DNA from: Sedimentisphaerales bacterium
GTDB taxonomy: Bacteria; Planctomycetota; Phycisphaerae; Sedimentisphaerales; UBA12454
Assembly: GCA_049518795.1 (NCBI GenBank)
Contig: JBEKRK010000003.1
Span: 99,854 to 163,853 of the forward strand
Length of the DNA stretch: 64,000 nt
Direction of reading: 5' to 3'
A program made the position numbers and the translations under genes. Positions 19,080 to 25,740 of this stretch are shown here, one piece after another; positions within the stretch are counted from its first letter, which is position 1, and every line of letters begins with the position of its first letter. The notes under the pieces are model-generated. The model was given only the letters and a program-made list of their open reading frames with translations. It did not search any database and was not told the DNA's origin.

Positions 19080-19328
19080 GAAAATACGAAGCACGAAATC
19101 CGAAATTCGAAACAATATCAAATGTTCAAAATACAAAGGTTCGAAACAGTTTTGAATTTTGGTAATTCGTATTTTGAATTTGCTTGCCCTGTGAGATGCC
19201 GCTTCGGCTATCTCTCTGGGGTTTCGGATTTCGATACTTGTCCGCCACAGCCTCGGCGACGGCGGATTCGAATTTCGAATTTAAAAACAAATTTGTGTTT
19301 ATCTGTGTTTATTTGTGGCTAATTTACG
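19080..19328. repeat. Composite spacer: family F + P + Q + TGTGTTTA array
   Basis: The F copy (agcacgaaatccgaaattcgaaacaa..tcaaatgttcaaaa) recurs at 49754-49815. The P copy is at 19187-19221 and the Q copy at 19237-19266. These are followed by atttgtgtttatctgtgtttatttgtggctaa. Confidence 0.75.
19187..19221. repeat. Family P bulged hairpin repeat
   Basis: The sequence is ccctgtgagatgcc-gctt-cggctatctctctgggg. Confidence 0.7.
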
Positions 19329-19336
19329 GCGGAATT

Positions 19337-19906
19337 ATGTTGAAGATGACAAACAAAAACGGCCTGACTATCGTGGAGATTCTGGTCGCTGTTACGATAA
19401 TAGCGCTCCTTGCCGCAGGACTGTATTCCGTCAGCAATTATCTTGAAAAACAAGCCAAAATAAAACTTACCGAATCGACAATCGAAGCCCTTTCTGCCGC
19501 CATCGAGCAGTATCGCGATTTTAACGGACATTTTCCTTTTGTGACTGGCACAGGTTCTTATGGTCTAAGTCAGCTTCAAACAACTCTTAATGGAACCGTC
19601 GTAAATCCCACTGATTACAATGACATATATGCTTCAAGTGATGCTTTGTATTATATTTTAAATCAAGTCCCCGCAAGCAAGAAGATTATCGATAACCTGA
19701 ACCGTTCGCTGGTTACAAATAAAGACTATAAAGGCACAGAATATTTTATTCTTATCAACGGTGTGAATTATCCATTGATACATATTATTGACCCGTGGAA
19801 GTGTCCGTTGAGATATACGTATAAAGATAGCGATAATTTTCCGTTAATAGAGTCAACCGGGCCGGACAGGGATTTTAATACGCCTGACGATATCAGCAGC
19901 AGATGA
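19337..19906 (+). CDS. gspG: GspG-like major pseudopilin
   Basis: It has MLKMTNKNG|LTIVEILVAVTIIALL, then IIDPWKCPLRYTY (the GspG DPWG-x-PY motif) and a GPDRDFNTPDDI loop. The ORF-track extension back to 19184 consists of repeats. Confidence 0.8.
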   Translation: MLKMTNKNGLTIVEILVAVTIIALLAAGLYSVSNYLEKQAKIKLTESTIEALSAAIEQYRDFNGHFPFVTGTGSYGLSQLQTTLNGTVVNPTDYNDIYASSDALYYILNQVPASKKIIDNLNRSLVTNKDYKGTEYFILINGVNYPLIHIIDPWKCPLRYTYKDSDNFPLIESTGPDRDFNTPDDISSR

Positions 19907-19910
19907 TAAA

Positions 19911-20013
19911 TAATTTAAAATTTAATATTGAAGATTGAAAATTTAAAATATTTAAAACCGTGTAAATCCGTGTTAATCCGTGTCTCAAAAAGTCAGTGTT
20001 AGTCAGTGTCGAT
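19911..20013. repeat. Composite spacer: family D + AATCCGTGT array + AGTCAGTGT array
   Basis: It contains ccgtgtaaatccgtgttaatccgtgtctc and agtcagtgttagtcagtgtc. The same composite occurs in reverse orientation at 42556-42600. Confidence 0.75.
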
Positions 20014-20895
20014 ATGAAAAGAGCTTTTTCCATTATTGAATTGCTTGTTGTGATGGCGGTAATCGCGTTGCTTGTAGTGATTGCGATACCTGCGATAAAC
20101 GCGATGCAGAAGTCTTTCGATTCGACCGGCTCAGAATCGATGATTAGCACAGCCCTTGCCACCGCAAGAACATTAGCAATAAAAAACAACCATTACACCG
20201 GCGTCAGATTCCAAAAAGCATGGTATAAACCTTCTTCTGACCCTGCTGTTCCGCCTTACGATAACCTCAGCAAGGCCGACCAGTATATGATTTTTATAAC
20301 TTACAACAGCGATAAAACAGGTCTGGATTGCGGTTTTATTGCTATGGATGGTTATAAACCTATAAAACTTCCGGAAAATATCTGTGTAATAGATAAAATT
20401 GTAAGAAATTATACTGTTAGCGTGACTCCAAGAACCTGTGGTAATCCAATAGTTGAAACAGGTTTAAGCCCAAGCGATCTTGATGATGTTACAGCAAATC
20501 TCGACCCTGCTACTGAACCCTATCTTGAACATGACAACATACACATCAGGGATACTTCAACATTTTCGATTGTTTTTTCTCCCTCGGGAAAACTTGTTAC
20601 ATTGGAAGTTAGATGCAGAAATAATGATAAACAAAGCAGGCCCGCATTAAATGCAGCTTCCGGTTCCGATGATAAGGTTTTTAATAGTTATTATGATATT
20701 GCTACCGGCAACGGTCAGTTTTTGCAGGATGATTATGACGATTTCGGAGTGGGCGTAGAGAATAGTCGAACAAATTTTGTTATATATGACCGGGGAAAAT
20801 TTGAAAAGATGACGACAAGCACGCAGAAAATGGATTATCTAACTGGACTAAAGGCAATGAATATAAATCCCTATACCGGCGAGATTATTAAATAG
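20014..20895 (+). CDS. Minor pseudopilin (GspH-like by position)
   Basis: It starts MKRA|FSIIELLVVMAVIALL with a prepilin motif. It occupies the gene-order position of GspH. I moved the start to the ATG at 20014. Confidence 0.65.
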   Translation: MKRAFSIIELLVVMAVIALLVVIAIPAINAMQKSFDSTGSESMISTALATARTLAIKNNHYTGVRFQKAWYKPSSDPAVPPYDNLSKADQYMIFITYNSDKTGLDCGFIAMDGYKPIKLPENICVIDKIVRNYTVSVTPRTCGNPIVETGLSPSDLDDVTANLDPATEPYLEHDNIHIRDTSTFSIVFSPSGKLVTLEVRCRNNDKQSRPALNAASGSDDKVFNSYYDIATGNGQFLQDDYDDFGVGVENSRTNFVIYDRGKFEKMTTSTQKMDYLTGLKAMNINPYTGEIIK

Positions 20896-20927
20896 AATGT
20901 AGAATATAGAACATAGAATTTAGAATA
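20893..20927. repeat. Five tandem heptamers TAGAAYN starting with the gspH-like stop codon
   Basis: The units are tagaatg tagaata tagaaca tagaatt tagaata. The 7-nt period places TAG in all three frames. Confidence 0.85.
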
Positions 20928-20945
20928 AATTAAAATAAAAATTTT

Positions 20946-20973
20946 CTTTGTGTCTTGGTGTCTTAGTGGCTAA
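20946..20973. repeat. Family A right-arm half copy containing the start codon of the gspI-like gene
   Basis: The sequence is ctttgtgtcttggtgtcttagtggctaa, with TTG at 20948 and GTG at 20966. Confidence 0.8.
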
Positions 20974-21667
20974 GAAATTTAAACAAAGCGGTTTTTCTCT
21001 TACCGAGGTCTTGATGGCCGCAGGCATTCTTTCTATCGGTATGATGCTGGTAGCCACGATGTTTCCGGTCGCGATTTACCTGACAAGCATATCGGTCGAA
21101 AGGACAATGGCCGCTATTGTTGCTGATGAAGCATTCGCGAAAATTCAGCTTTACGGCATTGGCACGCCTATTCTCAATATCGGCGATTATAACGATATCC
21201 CCGGCCTGACAATTGACCCCTGCGAATTTTCGTATAATCCGACACAAGCTCTAACAAATCCCCAATATTACTGGTCAGCCGTTTACAGAAAATTGAGCCC
21301 GGTGGACCCGAATTATCAGATGACGGTCTTTGTCGCCAGAAAAACAAATCCGGGACTGACGTATCCCAACCCTGGCGGTCCGTCTTATGATAGACCAAAA
21401 CTTATTATGATTCAGAGTATAGTGCAACCTGATCCGAATTTCCTGGTCGTTACGGTTTATCCGCAATATGTTAATCCGCCGACAGCGATACTCGATAATG
21501 CTACCGGTAAAATATACCGCGTTATTGACAGGCAGAATACTAAGGTGAAACTTGACAGAGGCTGGGAAGATTCGACCGGCCCAGCTAATATTTGGCTTAT
21601 TCCTCCGCCCGTAACCGGCGGACGAAATGCGGATATCGAAGTTTATCAGAGAATAATAAGATTTTAA
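20948..21667 (+). CDS. Minor pseudopilin (GspI/PilV-like by position)
   Basis: It has KQSG|FSLTEVLMAAGILSIG. There is no in-frame ATG upstream. The start must be TTG 20948 or GTG 20966, and both lie inside a repeat element. Confidence 0.65.
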   Translation: MCLGVLVAKKFKQSGFSLTEVLMAAGILSIGMMLVATMFPVAIYLTSISVERTMAAIVADEAFAKIQLYGIGTPILNIGDYNDIPGLTIDPCEFSYNPTQALTNPQYYWSAVYRKLSPVDPNYQMTVFVARKTNPGLTYPNPGGPSYDRPKLIMIQSIVQPDPNFLVVTVYPQYVNPPTAILDNATGKIYRVIDRQNTKVKLDRGWEDSTGPANIWLIPPPVTGGRNADIEVYQRIIRF

Positions 21668-21670
21668 GGA

Positions 21671-21743
21671 TAGCCACAAAGGCACAAAGACACGAATAAA
21701 AATAATATATAAAAAACTTAGTGCCTTGGTGTCTTAGTGGCTA
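21671..21743. repeat. Family A inverted stutter element (TAGCCAC...GTGGCTA), full copy
   Basis: The left arm is tagccacaaaggcacaaagacacgaa, the centre is AT-rich (20 nt) and the right arm is cttagtgccttggtgtcttagtggcta. The arms are built from the 8-nt word CTTNGTGN. Confidence 0.85.
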
Positions 21744-21749
21744 ATTGAT

Positions 21750-22496
21750 ATGAAAAAAGGCTTTACTATTATCGAATTATTAGTTGCGATGGGTTTGTTT
21801 GCGGCCGTCATCGCGGCGGCGGGTATGATTTTTAATTATTCAATCGAGTCCCAGAGAACCGCCGCGGCCACTGCCGAGATTATGCGAACCCTCCGCGCAA
21901 TTACCGACCAGATTGATATTGATTTCCAGAGTCTGCGAACAGATGGATATTTAATTTTATATTCAGAGCAGGTCGGCAGCGATAATTATGATGCCCTTTA
22001 CTATTTCAGCACAGGCGATTATCAGTCGTGGGCAGATACTTCGACAAGATCCAACATTGCCCGAATCTTTTTAGGACACAGTCAATCGACTTATACCGGC
22101 AAAATATTGCCCGGCGATTTGGCAAGAGATATTCTTCTTTTAGTTCCGGGTTATACAGGAACGGGCAATGATGTGAAAAATATAAGTTTTGCTGAGTGTC
22201 AGGCAGCTATTACTAATCTCGAAAATCCTAATACCGCGTTTTTTACTACTGGCAGGCCGCCCGCTGGCTCCACGAATATCGGAAGTCTTTTTGCTCAAAA
22301 AGTTGGCAGTTTTAGAATTGAATGGACTAATGGAATCAGCGGAAATCGAATAAATTGGTCTTCGACAGCGATTACCTGCACGCCGACAAGTTCGAACTGG
22401 CCGAAGGCTCTTAAATTTACGTTCACGCTTTATGATTCCAAAAGGATTCTCAAAGGCGGCAGAACGTTTGAACATATAGTTTATATAGGACCGTAG
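21750..22496 (+). CDS. Minor pseudopilin (GspJ/PulJ-like)
   Basis: It has MKKG|FTIIELLVAMGLFAAV followed by a long N-terminal helix. It sits before the GspK-like gene. Its stop TAG is the first triplet of a repeat element. Confidence 0.65.
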   Translation: MKKGFTIIELLVAMGLFAAVIAAAGMIFNYSIESQRTAAATAEIMRTLRAITDQIDIDFQSLRTDGYLILYSEQVGSDNYDALYYFSTGDYQSWADTSTRSNIARIFLGHSQSTYTGKILPGDLARDILLLVPGYTGTGNDVKNISFAECQAAITNLENPNTAFFTTGRPPAGSTNIGSLFAQKVGSFRIEWTNGISGNRINWSSTAITCTPTSSNWPKALKFTFTLYDSKRILKGGRTFEHIVYIGP

Positions 22497-22569
22497 CCAC
22501 AAAGACACAAAGGCACTAAGAAAAGGTGATATATATTAAAAAACTTCGTGTCTTGGTGCCTTCGTGGCG
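22494..22569. repeat. Family A element, full copy; its first TAG is the stop of the gspJ-like gene
   Basis: The sequence is tagccacaaagacacaaaggcactaag / aaaaggtgatatatattaaaaaa / cttcgtgtcttggtgccttcgtggcg. Confidence 0.85.
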
Positions 22570-22591
22570 CCCTTTAAAGGAGGGCAGAAAA

Positions 22592-25195
22592 ATGATAAAA
22601 AAGATGATAAAACAATTTGAATATGACAGGCTGGGTTCTGCGTTAATTATGACCATTGTCCTGACGATAATGCTCGCTGTAATAGCCGTGATGTTTGTGG
22701 CTATTGCAAGGATGGATAGCGCAGCCACAAGCAATATTGCCGATAATAAAACCCTCGATTTAGCTGCCAAGTCAATTATAGAGCTTATCAATGGCCAACT
22801 TGTTAGCGATACACCGCCAATTGGAGGCACTTATTATGATTATCCAGATTCTCAGCATCCCTGGCTCGCAAGCAATGAGCCGTATCAAGACCCGACAGTT
22901 CCAACTAAATATTATTGGCGGCAAATAAGCGATGTGACGAATTATCTGCATCAACACTTCTATCTTACAAATAATATAGATACTGATTATCCAGGCGTCA
23001 GAGATGTAATATTAGATTATCCAGTTATAACTCTTGATGGCAGCGGTAACTTACAGGACAATTTGGCCGATGCTGATGGCGATGGTATCCTTGATTCAAA
23101 ATGGATTGAACTTACGGATTTGCGAACTTCAAAAGGAAAGAAAATTTACGCCGCCGTCAGGGTAATTGACAATAGCGGAATGGTCAATGTCAATACCGCG
23201 TATCAGTTTGACCCTACCAGCGGCAGTCAAGCGAGAATTGACGGTTCAACCCAAATGCAGATAAATCTCAAAGGTCTCTTGAAGTCCAGCGATGATATTG
23301 GTAGCTTGCAAGCTGCTCGTTTAGGCTCTGCGACACTCCCCCAAAGCTGGGCTGATTATCAAAAAAAGATTATCTGGCAATACGGCCTGCCTGCGGACGG
23401 CAATTATCGTCCCTTTGATATTTCCGATGAGCTTGAATTAAGATACAGATATTGTATTGACAGTAAATTTGAAAGCCGCTTGGAAAAGGTGCTGCCTCAA
23501 ACTTCTGATGCAGGCATAAACGCCGGAAGCCTTTATGATGCAGCTGGTAGCGGCCGGGGACTTGAAGAATGGCAGGCCAGAATTACAGAAACCAACAGCA
23601 TAGGCATTCGCAGGCATTATTTGACAACTCTGAATCTTGACAGGATTATTGCCCCTGACGGCAATAAAATGACCAATATAAATGATGCTAATGTGAATGA
23701 ATTATACAATGCCATTCTCAATAGCGGCGTTGACGCTAATACGGCCGCCCAAATGGCGGTCAATATAATTGATTATCGGGATAGCGATTCGAATGTTACT
23801 GCTTTTAATGTGGGTTCTACCACTTATTATGGTTTCGAGACCCCCTGCATTTACATTTCCGAATTAGCTTACAATAAAAGTGGCAGCAATATGTCTTACG
23901 CAATCGAACTTTATAAGCCTTATTCCGGTGATTTAGATCCTGTTGGATGGAAACTTCATAGTGACCTCACAGGCAATTATTATAATATTAACTGGTCGGG
24001 GACAAAGCAGTTTTATGTTATAAAGTGGGAGAGCCCCGGAGTTTCATTTGTTATAGATCCTTGCGCTTCAACCCAAGATGGAGGTGCTCCGGGTTCTGGC
24101 ATTTTCAGTGCCGGCACTACGATTTCATTAATACGCACAGTTAAGGTTGGAGCTGCTGATATTGATATTACAGTTGATTCTTTTATTGTTCCTGTTGGTT
24201 GGTCGCCTTCAGGCAATGGTATTTATAGTCTTCAAAGAGATATTGCATCTGCAAAATGTATAAGGTGGTCGGGGATGGCGGGTATTCGGGGTTTGTGGGG
24301 CGGGATGGTCAGTGGTTCTCAAACTCTGGGATTGATTAATACCGCTATACCTCCTGATGATGGCAAATATATCCAAGCTCATCCAAAAAATGCCGCCTTC
24401 ACAAATATCGGTGAGATTGGAATGATTTTCCGCAAACCGGCTTATTATCCTTATATAGGTAGCAGCGCACCTGCCGGTACAATTGGTTATGATAGCACTG
24501 CTGATGAGGAATCTGAAGTTTTTGTCGATTTGTCCCAAACGACTTATCAGCAGATTTTTAAATATCTTACCGTTATCGACCCTTATAACGCTGTTGATCG
24601 GTTAAATCCAAATCCGGCTTATTTAAATGAAACAAGAATTAAAGGCAGGATAAATATCAACACCGCCCCTGCGTATGTGTTGGCTCAATTGCCGTGGGTT
24701 TCGCTAAGAAATGACCCCGTCGGCTACAACAATGCCAATCTTGCCAATGCGATAGTTGCTTATAGAGATAAACAAAACCTTTCTCCTTCCGGCCCTGATT
24801 ATAGAAGTTCAGACCCTTGTGGTTTTAGAACTATTGGCCAGCTAATGAATGTCCGTTACCCGCCTCAGGATTACCGGATTGATTATTATAGTCGTGTTTT
24901 AACTGGAGACCAGCCGGGATTTCCTGATTTAAGCGGCGGCGATGGCGCTCCGGATGATTATGAAGAGCGGGATTTAATTTTCACCCGAATCAGCGACCTT
25001 GTAACGGTTCGCAGCGATGTCTTTACCGCTTATATTTTAGTGCGTGTCTGCACAAATGTTAAAAGTGATGGGACAATTGAAGGCCCGCAGAAAAGATACA
25101 TCGCAATTCTCGACAGAAGCCAAGTGGGAGACTCTCGATTTCCGGGTAATAAGGTTATAATAAGAGCCTTTCAGGTTGTGCCGGAAGCACGTTAG
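22592..25195 (+). CDS. Giant GspK-like minor pseudopilin (about 867 aa)
   Basis: It has the non-canonical hydrophobic N-terminus LGSALIMTIVLTIMLAVIAVMFVAIA. The C-terminal motif RIKGRININTAPAYVLAQLPWVS is GspK-type. DADGDGILD is Ca-site-like. An AAAGGAGGG RBS lies before the ATG at 22592. Confidence 0.7.
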   Translation: MIKKMIKQFEYDRLGSALIMTIVLTIMLAVIAVMFVAIARMDSAATSNIADNKTLDLAAKSIIELINGQLVSDTPPIGGTYYDYPDSQHPWLASNEPYQDPTVPTKYYWRQISDVTNYLHQHFYLTNNIDTDYPGVRDVILDYPVITLDGSGNLQDNLADADGDGILDSKWIELTDLRTSKGKKIYAAVRVIDNSGMVNVNTAYQFDPTSGSQARIDGSTQMQINLKGLLKSSDDIGSLQAARLGSATLPQSWADYQKKIIWQYGLPADGNYRPFDISDELELRYRYCIDSKFESRLEKVLPQTSDAGINAGSLYDAAGSGRGLEEWQARITETNSIGIRRHYLTTLNLDRIIAPDGNKMTNINDANVNELYNAILNSGVDANTAAQMAVNIIDYRDSDSNVTAFNVGSTTYYGFETPCIYISELAYNKSGSNMSYAIELYKPYSGDLDPVGWKLHSDLTGNYYNINWSGTKQFYVIKWESPGVSFVIDPCASTQDGGAPGSGIFSAGTTISLIRTVKVGAADIDITVDSFIVPVGWSPSGNGIYSLQRDIASAKCIRWSGMAGIRGLWGGMVSGSQTLGLINTAIPPDDGKYIQAHPKNAAFTNIGEIGMIFRKPAYYPYIGSSAPAGTIGYDSTADEESEVFVDLSQTTYQQIFKYLTVIDPYNAVDRLNPNPAYLNETRIKGRININTAPAYVLAQLPWVSLRNDPVGYNNANLANAIVAYRDKQNLSPSGPDYRSSDPCGFRTIGQLMNVRYPPQDYRIDYYSRVLTGDQPGFPDLSGGDGAPDDYEERDLIFTRISDLVTVRSDVFTAYILVRVCTNVKSDGTIEGPQKRYIAILDRSQVGDSRFPGNKVIIRAFQVVPEAR

Positions 25196-25294
25196 CCACG
25201 AAGGCACAAAGACACGAAATATATAATTAAAAAACTTAGTGCCTTGGCTTGTCCCGCCATAGCCTTTTGGCGACGGCGGATGTCTTAGTGGCTA
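25193..25294. repeat. Family A element, full copy, filling the whole spacer between two convergent genes; both terminal TAGs are the stop codons
   Basis: The left arm spans 25193-25218. The right arm (25235-25247 plus 25281-25295) is interrupted by a 33-nt insert. TAG at 25193 ends the gspK-like gene. The reverse complement of CTA at 25292-25294 ends the minus-strand gene. Confidence 0.85.
25248..25280. mobile_element. 33-nt family Q mini-element precisely inserted into a family A arm
   Basis: Removing cttgtcccgccatagccttttggcgacggcgga restores cttagtgccttggtgtcttagtggctaa. That sequence is identical to the right arm at 21717-21744. Related copies lie at 19237-19266 and 41354-41386 (reverse complement), with shorter forms at 32983-33008 and 33063-33082. 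Confidence 0.6.
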
Positions 25295-25633
25295 ATTTTT
25301 GAGCAGTAGTTGATGCACTATCGCGGCTATAAGCCAGGCCGCGAATGAAAAAGCCACTGTCGGCAGGATTGAAATCTGCTTTTTAAAGCACAAAAAAGCG
25401 ACAATAAAGAAAAATACGGTGGGAATTATTCCCCATAAAACGCCTCTTGTGAAATCGGTCATCAGTTTAAAATCGCCGGGCCTGTCAGACCACAGCCAAA
25501 GAAGGACTATCAGCGTTGTTATCGGCGCTGTCGCTATCAGGCCCGCAAGAGCAGGCGCCTTTTTGCCGATTTGGGAGCAGAAAGTAATTATCGCAATCGT
25601 TATCAAAAGCTTGATAAGAAACTTTGTATCCAT
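25292..25633 (-). CDS. Small 4-TM membrane protein, unknown function
   Basis: It is 113 aa with four hydrophobic helices. Its stop codon is the terminal TAG of the repeat element at 25193-25294. Confidence 0.5.
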   Translation of the reverse strand: MDTKFLIKLLITIAIITFCSQIGKKAPALAGLIATAPITTLIVLLWLWSDRPGDFKLMTDFTRGVLWGIIPTVFFFIVAFLCFKKQISILPTVAFSFAAWLIAAIVHQLLLKN

Positions 25634-25740
25634 TCGTTTTCCCTTTAGAAAAAGAATCGCTGATTACGCTGATTTCACAGAAGTAATTTAGAAATAATAT
25701 AATCAACGAAATCCGTGTAATCTGTGATTAAAAAAAGAAT

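Noticed and set aside
19184-19336. The N-terminal extension of the GspG-like gene suggested by the ORF track.
   Set aside because: The extension is encoded by family P, Q and TGTGTTTA repeats. The prepilin leader MLKMTNKNG|LTIVE starting at ATG 19337 is the normal length.
14288-20973. The possibility that the short tandem repeats are a CRISPR array.
   Set aside because: The units are 7-10 nt, directly abutting with no unique spacers. Arrays have only 3-5 units, and no cas genes are present.
21671-21743. Interpreting family A elements as simple stable hairpin terminators.
   Set aside because: When the two arms are aligned as a stem, mismatches fall at every fourth position, the variable N of CTTNGTGN, without compensation. 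The helix would be 3-bp blocks separated by mismatches, and there is no T-tract. Structure alone does not explain them.
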